Shown one piece after another: positions 20,564 to 32,651 of a stretch of 64,000 nucleotides of DNA. Under the pieces are notes generated by a model. The model was not told the origin of the DNA. It ran no database searches and was given only the letters and a program-made list of their open reading frames with translations. Where the stretch lies: positions 330,217 to 394,216 of the forward strand of contig MU005963.1 of assembly GCA_010093745.1 (NCBI GenBank), given 5' to 3'. The position numbers were made by a program, and so were the translations under genes. Numbering within the stretch: the stretch's first letter is position 1; each line of letters begins with the position of its first letter. This stretch comes from Piedraia hortae CBS 480.64. Taxonomy: Eukaryota.

Positions 20564-23500
20564 TGTTTGTTCCAGTGACAGATTATAGTGCTTTTCTCTC
20601 TGTAAGATATGGTCTGCTCGGTGATGGAGTTAGGTGTTCTGTGGAATATGCCTGAGACTTCATTAGCAAGACCAGGAGGATTCAGAACTGCTATCAAACT
20701 ATTATGAGAACATACATCGATATTATAGGTCAGCTGATAGACACTTCATGTTGGTTTTCCGTTGTATCCAGGTGCCTAGAGGTTCATGGGGACCAAATTG
20801 GGGGTGCTGATAGTTCGCCATCAAGAGGCATTTGCTCTATCCAGTGTCCACTATATCCAACCTCGTATATAACTTGGAAGTTTGACTATAGTTCTTCCGT
20901 GATTCTTTTGTACATTTGACTTTCTATCGGTGCACGATATGATAGTATGATACCTAGTGCATGACTGTCTGGGCAGGTCAGCAGCTATAGTCTCGCAGTA
21001 CGTTTCTGCCGGTGATTCTACAGTCTATATCTTACCATTTGTACTCTACCCTTCCATGCCTCTTTTCTTTCTGTGCTGCTACTGACTAGATTTCATCGAG
21101 CTTCTTCAAGATACACGTCCTGTCGACGGGTAACATCCCTTGTGCGGTGCTACTCGTTGTCAAACCTGACGTGATGATTCGTGAGCTAATTAAAAATGAC
21201 GTTGCGAATATATAACGAGAGGTTAGCGGGTGTCAATTCAAGCTGGCGCGGAGTACTTTGCGCATGTTAGTTCATCCCTAAGCCATCATTTGCAGGAGAT
21301 AAAAGAAGACTTACGGTATTATTGGAAACCACCACTTCAAAAGAACACCTTGTACTTACTGTAATTATCAGAAAGACTTGCATCACGTATGTGAAGCAAT
21401 GTTCTCTGTAATCATGCCCAGGCTATCGTCGTATTGATCTCTTGGGATGGTGCAAATCTTTGTGCCTGATGTTTCCGGAAGCTCCATAATCCTTTGAGCG
21501 CTATTCAATCATAACCGACACCAGGCAATGTGATTATCACGTCAACTGACTTCTCGGTCGCGAGACCGCACATGAATTTACCCTATATTTGGACGTGTAG
21601 AGTTGCTTGGCAAATGTTGGTGATGAGCACAATGGGATGTTCGAATTATATGCCTCGCCGTGACAAATGTCATGGTTTGCTAACACGGCAACTGCTAAAA
21701 AAAGGTCAGCTGCGTTTGAGAAGGCACTGGAATGCCCCCGAGGTTGTGCAAAAGTGTGGCGACGCTGTTTGGTTGGATAAGGGGGATAAGGCACTTGTCG
21801 GTGTTCTCCGTAGTATCTACCTCCAGGATAATTTGTACCAGACCAATTGCTCTAGTTGAAGCTGGCTCGTCCACCCTGTCCTCACAATCTGTTGATGTGG
21901 ATCATTGTAAACTCGGCCAAAATGTACCTCAATTCCTGTGTCATCCTGGAGTTTGGCATTGAGGTACCAGAATGGTGGACTTCCGTCCTCTTCTTAGAAT
22001 CCTCTTGTTACATAGGCGATCGATGCGTCCATCTTGATAACGTCGAAGCCAATTAAGTATCGCACGGACTCTGCAATATGGTTTGATGTAGTATGGGCCA
22101 AAACACATATGTACCAACCCTCGCATACATTAGAGAATAGATGGAGGAAGTTACGCATAGGTGTGCTAACTATAGGTAGACAACTTTTTCGATCACAGGA
22201 TGGATCGTATCACTTGTTCTTAAAGATTGATATACAAACTTCAAGCCACTGTTAATGGTCATTGCTCATGAAACTATCAGGATACCTGCTGCTCAAACAG
22301 CCATCGTCACACAGGTGGGAGAAAGATGGGTAAAACAAGCAACACCAAGGAATCTGTGGACTTTTTAGTGTTGAAGGATAATCAATAGAGGTCGTCTCGC
22401 AACAGTTTACCTCAGAGGCGGATATTTTCCCTTGGGGCGAGCCGCGTTCCCTTCATTCTGAAGTGCGTACTCAATGACATGGTCTCGACAAATGAGACTG
22501 AGCATGAGTAGCATGGGGTGGTGTAGGCACCACACATATAGGCACACTCTCCTTTCGTGAAGGTTGGTTAACCTGACTCCCAAACACCTCCTATCTCTAC
22601 AGTGCCATACAATCATCGGAGACTCCAACTTCGACACATCTCTGTCTACAGCGGCCGGAGAGTGATTACGTTGGCGTCAATTCTCAGACGCCTATTCCTA
22701 TGGGGGCAGTGAGTGTCAATGGGTTAAAATTCAAGTGAAAGGTGACGCGAAAGTCTATCTGTGATAAATGTCCTTCCCCTTATCTCCGTTCACCGTGAGT
22801 GGCGAATGGGAAAGTTAAGATCAATACCTGTCTAATCAGGCTTCTTTGATATTGTTAAGTGGAAACTCATCTAAATTCAAGCAGGAGGTGACGTCCTGAC
22901 ACACCATAAACTCGCCATACATATTGTGAAAACAACCACACAACAATCAGCCACACCATCGATCCCACTTCCATCAATTTTCAGATTTACCAAGCTGCCG
23001 GCTGAATCTCTTTTTGTACAATCTGGTCAACCTACTGGCATGGGTAGGTTGGTGCCTAAACTACTTGAGTGAAATTAATCTGGTAGCCACGCGTGCACCG
23101 ACAGAGAATACTCGTCCCCACACGGCCGAGGGGATCTCCCTACATATGGCGCAAAGTCCTGATGATGCATTCACATATAGAAACCTGTGTGCCGTGAACC
23201 CTCAAGGCTTTCCAAAACCTGGAGAGGAAGATGCTTACCTACTTATCAACGAGCTGTTTGTGTTCTCAGCAAAGCCGACGCCGTCGATGGGGTGTGGTAA
23301 GATCGGCCTCAACGAGCCGCAGCGGGGTCGTGGATTGGGCCGCACTGATGGATACCGTCACGGCACAACTGTACGACTCATTTGCAAAGGGTAAACCGGC
23401 ATATGTCGGCGCTATAGGTGTCGAGGCCAGCTTCGCCAGCCGCAAGACCACCACCAAGCCCATTGATCACGATGATCTCGTCAACGAATGCTTCAATGAG

Positions 23501-25260
23501 TGTACACAGTGTCGAAGTCAAATGTTAGTCCAGTCTGATCCAGTGGTAGGCTATCTTTGTACGGCTGGCTCAGTGATGTAGCGAATTCAGATAGTGTCGT
23601 TTCGCGCAAGTACACCTGACAAAAGTGGACATGAACGGACCGATTCAAATGCAACTTCCGTCCCGCTTGCCAAGTCCGTCCAAGGCTATCAGAATATGAG
23701 GATATCCCCGACCTTTTTTAGCTGCCCAAAGGACCTTACCGAAATGAACGCGATTGGGCCTTTTTTTTTTTTCCAAAGGCCAGCGTGCAGCTCTGCTATT
23801 GGCATGCAAGTTGGGCAGACAGGGATCAATGTCTTATCATAAAGACGCAGGTATGTAGCCTCAGACAGTTACCATCCAACACGAGATGACGCCCTGATCG
23901 ACATGAAGCTCTGCCGAGGAGCGCCCCATATTCGACAGTTTGACAACCGTGTGCTTGAAAGGTGCCAACGTTCCTCAACCGTAGCTCTTCGCGTGAAATT
24001 ATCTTGCCCAGTTAGGGAAGAGGGTGGTTATGAGTAAGTTTGACTTATGATGTTCATCATCGGGTCATGGGTTCTTCTGTGATAGTTGTCCCTTTCTTCC
24101 TTATCCCTGTTCAACATGACTGGCGAACGACAAATTTCGCATCAATCCCCAAGCGTCTAGTCCTAGAGGACCATATCTCCAAGATACAGATCTGCCAGGC
24201 CAATTTGATCGTTGCCTTGGACGAGGTGCATCCACTCCTTGGCGCTAGTGATGAACCACTTAATTAGGCCGGTGAAGAAATGCTTGTGGAAGAAATTTCG
24301 GGCATGTAGAACTAGACCACAGTAGCTATGTGCCAACCAAAAAATCTTGGAATCCCTTCTTTTATACAATGCATTACTCTCGCTCGTGGTACTGTAACCT
24401 ATCGAACAAGTCCCCATAAAATTGCTTCAAAATGCTTTTTGTAGGATGGCACTGGAATGGTTATTGATATTGTTGTTGATCTTCCAAAGGGATGCTCAGC
24501 TTGCTGGGACTGCGTTTTCCGTCATGAGCGCTACTTATGCCACATGTTCCCTACAATCACATGGTTGACGCCGACCCTATCTTGCGTGAAAATTTCTATG
24601 CCTGCAAGTCTCTCGCGCAGAAGCATGCAAATCCTCACTATTTTTTCACTATCCCAAGACCCATCAGAAGACATCCAGAACGCGGAGTGGAAGGGTGGAG
24701 GATGATGACGTTCTTCGAAGACATTCGCCCCATGATGGCGCTAATGATATGATAACTCATGCCCCTCGAAGGAAATCAGGCTGGCCGAGGTTGACAAAAC
24801 AATAAATTCGTGAGTGACTGGCTCCTTGTAGAAGAAGTCAAAACCATCAACCTTGTCTCTGTCTCGATATCCACCGGGCGTCTCTAATCGATGGAGACTG
24901 GCCAATGCTCATCCATGGAAATTGCATAGAGATGCATTCACATCAGCAAAGATTCTTCGCAAGAGGTTGGCAATTCCATGGGAGAACCAAACGAGACGCT
25001 GCTATGAACCCATTGATTCCATATACGACACAGACTTTAGCGGTATGCCCCACCAGACGGCGGATGTAGACTGTATACTCCTATTCCAAGATGAGCTGGA
25101 CAGTGCTGGCAGTGGCAAAAGTGCAATTCAGTTAGACCGCCGGTTTTCTGCAGAGGAAATCACCAAAACATCAACAGGGGTTCATCAGTTCATCAGACAA
25201 AAAGAGATTTCTCATCTAACCAAGTTCAACAGAACTCTGAAAGAGACGACACCGTATGAC

Positions 25261-26286
25261 CTACTCCTCTGTCTCACGCCCGTAGAACGGCGGACGCACA
25301 CATGGGAAATGCAGAGTATTCAGTCTCCGTATGCCTTGCCGTCTAACCAAGCGCTCACGTCCCATAAGTGGCAACGACAATGACCTCGTGAGCGGGACGG
25401 TGTAGAACCTTTCACTCAGCACCGGTGGGATGTCCGGGGTCTCAGATGTAGGCATTGCCGCCGTCCCAGTTATGTTTCCAGTTGCAGATCCAGATCCAGA
25501 CGCAGGCGCAGACGCAGACGCAGAAGCTATCCTACTCGCAGCCGTAGGCATAGCAGCAGCCGTACTGGGCCGAGGAACAACCGGACGTCTTCTCACACTC
25601 GCACTCGCAGCCACAGCCGGCGACGAACTCGGTCTAGCCGCCATAGTTCCACTTCCATCCGCCGTACTCGGCCCAGCAATCGCTAGTTGGGCGGATCTTG
25701 GCATCCGCTCCCCCATCCACTGGAACCCAAATAGCTTTTCCTGCTCAAAGCGTACATACCAGTCCTGCCAAGGAACAGGCACAAAACCACGCGGGTGAGT
25801 GAACGGACGACGTGTAAACGGCAGAAGCACATCGCGGGGAAAGCGTGTGATCCAAGCCATGACGAAGCTGTCTCGGTCGACGCGCCGAAAGGCCGTTTCG
25901 AGCGCGAGGGTGCGCGTCATGCGTTCAGTGTAGCTGTTGGATGTCTCTGGTGGGGGCCCGATGGAGTCATAGAGATGGGAGATTTCTTCGAGGTCTCTTG
26001 CCGCATCCGAACCTGCGGGCGGAGTGCGTTGGGATCGAGGGTCAAAGGGTGGGAGGTTCAAGGACACGCTTGATGAGGACGAGGAGGAGCCAAAGACGCG
26101 GTGGCCAACAGAGCGGTCGTCAGTCGACTCCGTTACTTCGCTTTGGAGGGATCTTTTGCTTTGCGGACGCGATCCGGTGGGAGGCTGCGCTTGCTGCTGC
26201 GCAAGTCGGTCCTGGGGGATAGGTTCTGGGGTCACGGCTTGGTTCATCACTTGGATTATTTCGGCCATACGTTCAGGTGACATGTA
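25261..26286 (-). CDS. Hypothetical low-complexity protein; 5' end abuts an assembly gap
   Basis: ~340 open codons from the gap edge; Ser/Ala/Pro-rich with a small aromatic-rich domain (FVMAWITRFP...PWQDWY). Confidence 0.5.
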   Translation of the reverse strand, partial: YMSPERMAEIIQVMNQAVTPEPIPQDRLAQQQAQPPTGSRPQSKRSLQSEVTESTDDRSVGHRVFGSSSSSSSVSLNLPPFDPRSQRTPPAGSDAARDLEEISHLYDSIGPPPETSNSYTERMTRTLALETAFRRVDRDSFVMAWITRFPRDVLLPFTRRPFTHPRGFVPVPWQDWYVRFEQEKLFGFQWMGERMPRSAQLAIAGPSTADGSGTMAARPSSSPAVAASASVRRRPVVPRPSTAAAMPTAASRIASASASAPASGSGSATGNITGTAAMPTSETPDIPPVLSERFYTVPLTRSLSLPLMGRERLVRRQGIRRLNTLHFPCVRPPFYGRETEE

Positions 26287-27266
26287 NNNNNNNNNNNNNN
26301 NNNNNNNNNNNNNNNNNNNNNNNNNNNNNNNNNNNNNNNNNNNNNNNNNNNNNNNNNNNNNNNNNNNNNNNNNNNNNNNNNNNNNNNNNNNNNNNNNNNN
26401 NNNNNNNNNNNNNNNNNNNNNNNNNNNNNNNNNNNNNNNNNNNNNNNNNNNNNNNNNNNNNNNNNNNNNNNNNNNNNNNNNNNNNNNNNNNNNNNNNNNN
26501 NNNNNNNNNNNNNNNNNNNNNNNNNNNNNNNNNNNNNNNNNNNNNNNNNNNNNNNNNNNNNNNNNNNNNNNNNNNNNNNNNNNNNNNNNNNNNNNNNNNN
26601 NNNNNNNNNNNNNNNNNNNNNNNNNNNNNNNNNNNNNNNNNNNNNNNNNNNNNNNNNNNNNNNNNNNNNNNNNNNNNNNNNNNNNNNNNNNNNNNNNNNN
26701 NNNNNNNNNNNNNNNNNNNNNNNNNNNNNNNNNNNNNNNNNNNNNNNNNNNNNNNNNNNNNNNNNNNNNNNNNNNNNNNNNNNNNNNNNNNNNNNNNNNN
26801 NNNNNNNNNNNNNNNNNNNNNNNNNNNNNNNNNNNNNNNNNNNNNNNNNNNNNNNNNNNNNNNNNNNNNNNNNNNNNNNNNNNNNNNNNNNNNNNNNNNN
26901 NNNNNNNNNNNNNNNNNNNNNNNNNNNNNNNNNNNNNNNNNNNNNNNNNNNNNNNNNNNNNNNNNNNNNNNNNNNNNNNNNNNNNNNNNNNNNNNNNNNN
27001 NNNNNNNNNNNNNNNNNNNNNNNNNNNNNNNNNNNNNNNNNNNNNNNNNNNNNNNNNNNNNNNNNNNNNNNNNNNNNNNNNNNNNNNNNNNNNNNNNNNN
27101 NNNNNNNNNNNNNNNNNNNNNNNNNNNNNNNNNNNNNNNNNNNNNNNNNNNNNNNNNNNNNNNNNNNNNNNNNNNNNNNNNNNNNNNNNNNNNNNNNNNN
27201 NNNNNNNNNNNNNNNNNNNNNNNNNNNNNNNNNNNNNNNNNNNNNNNNNNNNNNNNNNNNNNNNNN
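26287..27266. other. Assembly gap (N run)
   Basis: Run of N. Confidence 1.
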
Positions 27267-27269
27267 AGA

Positions 27270-29636
27270 TTATACAATGCCATACACTTTTTTTGCAATC
27301 AGATAGCAGGCCAGGCCAAAGCCCATCAGGCCGGCGGTGATGCACCAGAACCACGTTAGATCGCCCTCGTACTGCTGGCCCGGAACCCAGACGTTCATGC
27401 CCCACATGCCGGTGATGATGTTCATGGGCAGGACAATGGTGCCCAGAACGGTAAGCTTTCCCAGCACGTCAGCCGTCTTCTCGCTGCGCTCGTTCATCTT
27501 CAGGTTGATCTGGGCGAGATAGTTGCTGTGCGAGCGCGACAGCAACGTTTCGTAGTGGGAAAGATTGCCGGTCATGGTGACGATGTGATCCTGGATATCG
27601 CCCAGATAGAGGCCAATTTCGCTGCGCGGCGCAACCTCCAAGCGCTCGTTGCAGCGCTTTGCAAAGCCCTTGATAACGTCTGCTTTGTTGCCCAAGAGAC
27701 GGTAGAGACCCATCACTTTCTTCCGACACTCGCCCACGCGCCGCAACATGTCGCCTCCGTACTCACCCGTTATCTTTAGGGCGGTCTCGGCCTTGGCATC
27801 GGATTGACTTTCGGTGCCCATGGCCTGGTCGACGCTGCTTGAGTGCATATACAAGATCTCGTCGTCAATGGCGTCGACCTGATCTTCAATTTCATCGACT
27901 AGGGGCGCGTAGACATCAGTGATGTCGTCTATGAGGGCGTAGCAGATCCAGTCCGACGTTGGGCTCATGATGGCCTCGAGCTGGCGGATGCGACGGCGCA
28001 CATTGTTCATATGCGGCGTCATCGAATGGTGGAAGGTCAGCACAAAGTCGCGGAAGACGATCATGTAGATGTTGACGGGGTCCATGTAGTTTTCCGACGC
28101 AGTGTCCTGCTCAAACGAGCGGTACGTGACAAAATAGTAATTGCTGAACAGCTCGACCTTTTCTCGCTGCTCGGAAATATTGATGTCTTCGAGCGTCAGC
28201 TGGTGGATGCCAAATGTGCGGCCCAGAACCCGCAGCTCCTCCTCTGTCGGGCTCAACACATCCAGCCACCACGTGGACGGTGTTGGTTCGAGTTTCTGGC
28301 TACGACTCCGTCCTTGGGAGCGAGACCGTGGCCGGGGAGCCTCGCCCAAGTCCGTGGTAAGCGGCGTGCTGGTGCCCGTTCCGGACCGGGACACAGATGG
28401 AGACTTTTTGGTCCAATCTACCAGATTCAACAGCTTCTTGGCCTCCTCCGGCTTCTGCTGCTTTCGGTGCGGCCGCTGAATGCCGTTCTCATCATCGCTC
28501 TCGGAGTCGCTGCTGAACTCCATGGGCGGCGGTTGGAACAACTCGTCAAACGTGGTGCCGTCCTGCACAAGGTCCGAGATGTTCCGGGCATGTATGGTGC
28601 CCTCAAACGTTTCGTTGAAGTAGGCGAAGCGGAACGGCGCGTCGTCCTCTACGCGGTGCCACGCTGTCTTGGTTGGCCGCAACCTGCCCGCCACTTGCAG
28701 TGGCTCCGCCACGCGCTTGGACCTCACCGCCTCGGCCTCCAGCTCCTTGTGCTCGCGCTCCGCCCACTCGGCCAGCACCGCCAGCTTCGGTGTTCGCTCC
28801 ACACGCCGCCGCCGGGCCCGCGCCGGTCGGTCCGCGTGCAAATGAGCGTCGTCTTCATCGGCTATCTCCGACATGGTATCAACTGGGAAGCAGACATCCT
28901 GCTCCGGGCCCTCGGCCACAGTTGCCCGCCGCCGCAGTCCATCGGGCGGCAGCGACGGGAACTCGTCGCGGTCAATATCGATAACGGCGTCACGCGTTCG
29001 CGGGCTCGTCGACTCCAAGAAGTCGTCTGCCTGCGGACTGCCGGGCCGCGATGGCGGGTTGTTGACGTCAAAATCCTCATTGGCCTCGTCCACCGTGGCT
29101 TCCAGCCGTAGGTTCCCGCCCTTTTTGGACGAGCTGGCGGAGCCGCGCGACATTTCGCGCGGCCGTGCGCGGAAGGAGAAGTATGAGCCGTAGCCGGAGC
29201 TGTTATTGCGCGACACGTCCGGCTTCTGACCGCGCAGCAGCGGCGTGCGCACTGTTGCGCCGTCGTCGTCATCCACCGCCGCATTCTCTGCCGCGCTCAT
29301 CTTGTACTTGTTGCATAGAGGCATCTGCTGGCTTGACGACATGCTCGGGCGGTGTCGAGTGGCCGGCAGGCTCGGGCGGGTAAAAGATTGGCGCTGGTCG
29401 CGGTGGTCCAGCAGCGCCTCACTCTCCAGGCTCGTATTGCTCCTCACCGCCGCCGGCAGCAGACCGAGCTGGGCCGGCGCTTTCACTGCATGCTCCCCAC
29501 CGCCATCCACGGCCGCAAACGACTTCCTCCGCTTTTGTTTCTTGGATTTCCGCGGCTTCTTCTTGTTCTTCCGCGGTGCCGCCATCGACTCTGGACCTGC
29601 AATTCCTGCAATCTCCGCGTTAGTAGACGAGGCCAT
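27270..29636 (-). CDS. ALR1: CorA-family Mg2+ transporter (Alr1-like)
   Basis: WWLDV, FGIHQLTLEDI...REKVELF, two C-terminal TM helices with the GMN signature (TGMWGMNV). Confidence 0.92.
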   Translation of the reverse strand: MASSTNAEIAGIAGPESMAAPRKNKKKPRKSKKQKRRKSFAAVDGGGEHAVKAPAQLGLLPAAVRSNTSLESEALLDHRDQRQSFTRPSLPATRHRPSMSSSQQMPLCNKYKMSAAENAAVDDDDGATVRTPLLRGQKPDVSRNNSSGYGSYFSFRARPREMSRGSASSSKKGGNLRLEATVDEANEDFDVNNPPSRPGSPQADDFLESTSPRTRDAVIDIDRDEFPSLPPDGLRRRATVAEGPEQDVCFPVDTMSEIADEDDAHLHADRPARARRRRVERTPKLAVLAEWAEREHKELEAEAVRSKRVAEPLQVAGRLRPTKTAWHRVEDDAPFRFAYFNETFEGTIHARNISDLVQDGTTFDELFQPPPMEFSSDSESDDENGIQRPHRKQQKPEEAKKLLNLVDWTKKSPSVSRSGTGTSTPLTTDLGEAPRPRSRSQGRSRSQKLEPTPSTWWLDVLSPTEEELRVLGRTFGIHQLTLEDINISEQREKVELFSNYYFVTYRSFEQDTASENYMDPVNIYMIVFRDFVLTFHHSMTPHMNNVRRRIRQLEAIMSPTSDWICYALIDDITDVYAPLVDEIEDQVDAIDDEILYMHSSSVDQAMGTESQSDAKAETALKITGEYGGDMLRRVGECRKKVMGLYRLLGNKADVIKGFAKRCNERLEVAPRSEIGLYLGDIQDHIVTMTGNLSHYETLLSRSHSNYLAQINLKMNERSEKTADVLGKLTVLGTIVLPMNIITGMWGMNVWVPGQQYEGDLTWFWCITAGLMGFGLACYLIAKKVYGIV

Positions 29637-30088
29637 GGCGTGTCAGATGGATAGTGCAAGAAAAAGCACAGTAAACTCCTTCTCAATGTTGTGAAGTTGG
29701 TGGTAGATGAATTTGTCTGGTGCGGTAAGCGTGAGTCTGTGGGGAATGACGTTGACAGCGCCACGCCCTTGTGTACAGCCAACTGCTGGGTGGTATAGTA
29801 TATCACTGCAGTTTTTATAGCCAGGCGTTCGCTTCTAATAGTGTTGAGATGCCGTTCCCGCCATCAGGCATCATCAATCACCCCCCTCTGGTGAACTGCA
29901 GCAATACATCTCCGGTTGCCCCGCGGGTTACTAGTCCTGGCCAAGCGCATTGCAGCCTTGGCACTTCCACTGCGGCTCTTTTCCGACGCACGCCCGGCGG
30001 CTCAAGCTGCACGTATTTTGAAGTCACACATACTCTGATCACGGGTATATCAGCCACGAAAATAGCCTCTCAATCAATACTTGCAAGC

Positions 30089-30934
30089 ATGCCTATACAA
30101 CGTTCGACTTTCGAAATGTTTGTACTTCGTCATCCATGTTAGGTTAAACTTGTACATTGTATTCAGAATCGTAGGCTCCAAAGCACTCTGCTTTATTGTA
30201 GGACCCAAGAAAGAGACAATCTACGCTCATTCGGAGGTCATTGCTTCGATCTCAAAACCCCTCAAGGTGCTGATCAATGGAGATATGTCCAAGGCTAAAA
30301 GCGGCATTGCCAAACTCCCTGACCTGAAAACCTCAAGTTTTTTACGTTTCCTGGAGTACATGTACACAGACAACTATCGGCCGAGTGGACCCGAAGTCGT
30401 GCCTGTGGAGGGCGACACTAAAGTAAACTCTCACATATCCCAACCCAGGACGTCTCATGCACAAGTTCCGACAAGATTCACCAGATCTGCCTGGATTTCG
30501 GACAATGACGAACAAGGTGTTGGACAACTATAACGAGTTTTCTTTTCTTTTTTTCTTTTTTTTTTTTTTTGTGTCCTGCTAAACTCCACGTCTTCGCCGA
30601 TCAGTATGATGTTCCCAAATTGAGGGATTTGGCATTATATAAACTGCGTCGAACACTTGGCGATTTCCATCTCTATAAAGAATGACTGGTCGACATCGAG
30701 TCACTGGTTGATTACGCGTCCAGGAGCACAGTATTGCAAGAAAACACAACATCGAACGAAGCAGGTCAAACTCTAGATTCATTGCGAATTCTGGTAACGG
30801 ACTACCTCATCATTTATCTCGAACACTTTGTCAATCGACCTAGCTTCATGCTACTATTGGATACACATGATGAATTGTGTTGCGTTCTTCTTCGGAAATC
30901 CGTTACCTGGTTTGGAACTCGGAGGCCATGGTAG
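30089..30934 (+). pseudogene. BTB/POZ-domain gene copy 1, disrupted (intron 30118-30166)
   Basis: FIVGPKKETIYAH...LINGDM...FLEYMYTDNY, then frameshift, poly-T tract, AKLHVFADQYD...KE*LVDIESL with TGA at 30683. Confidence 0.8.
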
Positions 30935-31215
30935 ATCATTAGCTTAATGTCTTTGGTTGCTATAGCTTTTAGGTGCCAGATGAATCCACGAGTGTACAAA
31001 GTCGGACGTGTGGTTACAAAATGGCTGCCATTTCGACCGAGCACCTTTTGATTCAGTGGGATACGCACTAGGCCAGAAAAGATAATGGTAAGAACTGACC
31101 TTGTCTGCCTGGCACCCACCTCTACCCATCAGTTACTCCCAGTTGTAAATGTGATAGGTTTAACATATCAAAAACCAAGCAGCAAACTGAGACCAAAAGT
31201 TTGAATATCGCCACG

Positions 31216-32118
31216 ATGACCAGTTACGAAGAGCTTGTGACGCATCCACTCTGCCCGACTACGCTCATGCCATGACTCAGTTTCACAGGTTCCAAGCCAT
31301 TTTGCTTCATTGCTGGCCCTGAAAAGGAAAATATTCATATTCACTCAGGGCTGATCGCTCGTTTCTCCAAGCCTCTCGATGCACTCGTCAATGGGAGCAT
31401 GGCCGAGCTGGCTGATATTGAACCATCAAATTTTGTACCCTGTGTCCAATTTATGTACATTGGTGCCTGTCTCCTTCTTCAACCTCGTACTGAGGTAGTC
31501 GAGTCCTCTGCTAAACCAAAACCCCAGTTAGATGTTGTGCAACAGTCCACAGATAGAATGGCACAGCTCGAGCAACCCATAGCAGCTCAAACATGGGCCA
31601 AGCCGGTCTTGTCAAAGTCGGGTCACGCAACGCTTCCGAATCGTGGCGGATCACCCATTAAGCCGGATTCCAGTGCACGTTTTTCCGTCCAACTTTCCTC
31701 AGCGGAATTTCCAACATCAACATTGCGAATGCGAAAACAAAAGGCAACCGATAACTATGTTGAAGTTTTCTTAAGCCACGACAAGCTCTACGTGCTCGTG
31801 GATCGATACGACACCGCAAGGCTGAGAACACTTGCATGCAGTCATTTGCACCAGTTATTGGGTGAATTTGACATTTACAAAGAGCGGCTGAAGGATATTC
31901 TACCGAGTCACTTCTCGCTTACCCATACGAGAACACACTAGATCCTGAGTACAGCGGCATAATCAGACCCCTTACGTACGCTCGTAACGGACTATGCTGT
32001 CTGCTTTCTGGAACACTTTATAACCCGGCCCGGCTTCTCCACACTTATGGCGATACATGGGGAGTTGGCTAGCGATCTTTTTCATAAAGCGGTAACCCGA
32101 TTTCAGCAAAAGTCTTGA
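31216..32118 (+). pseudogene. BTB/POZ-domain gene copy 2, disrupted (GC-AG intron 31233-31280)
   Basis: FIAGPEKENIHIH...LVNGSMAE...QFMYIG; VFLSHDKLYVLVDRYD; paired frameshifts ~31900-31965 create stops; tail LRTLVTDYAVCFLEHF. Confidence 0.75.
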
Positions 32119-32651
32119 GGCTACACAAAGAAGTTGTGCACTTCTGTTTGTACATTTGTTCAACGTCGCCATGTATTCTTCACCATGACAATCTGCAGGA
32201 AGCTTCTGTCGTGCCACCGCAAGAAAATGGGTATGCATAGCTCTGCTTTTGTCACAACGCCGCCTTAAGGATGGTACCTACGTACCTCTCGTCATGATAA
32301 GTATATTGACACTATGTGTCTATTTGACAACATTCCAGATTAGGTTGACCAGCTTTTCCTGTGCACTGATGTTCTTTTCTCTCGCTGGGAAAACAAAGGC
32401 CTGCAGCTCGGGTGCGAGGCAGTCCTGAAATATGGATGCTAAGTTGAGTTCACCTCTCTTTGTCTATCAAACTCTTATGTAAGGTCACAACCATTTAAAG
32501 ACAAGACATTGAAACCAATCAATGCCAGCCAAATTACCCCATCTTATTCACTGGGTCGTTAAATTGGCGAGACATCCTGTCAGATGTTTTACTCACAACA
32601 TCTGGAACACTGCACTAGAATCCAGACAGCAAAAGTCGACCTAATTACATA

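Noticed and set aside
26266..26286. YMSPER at the gap edge resembles a MAP2K activation-segment motif
   Set aside because: The following sequence is low-complexity with no kinase subdomains IX-XI; probably coincidental near a start Met
25261..27405. Long ORFs spanning the N run (714, 438, 341 and 360 aa), and likewise those across 47590-47779
   Set aside because: Artefacts of translating N as X; only the sequenced parts were interpreted
28011..29111. 366-aa plus-strand ORF and many similar antisense ORFs over GC-rich genes
   Set aside because: Shadow ORFs opposite well-supported CDSs (ALR1 and others); no recognisable motifs
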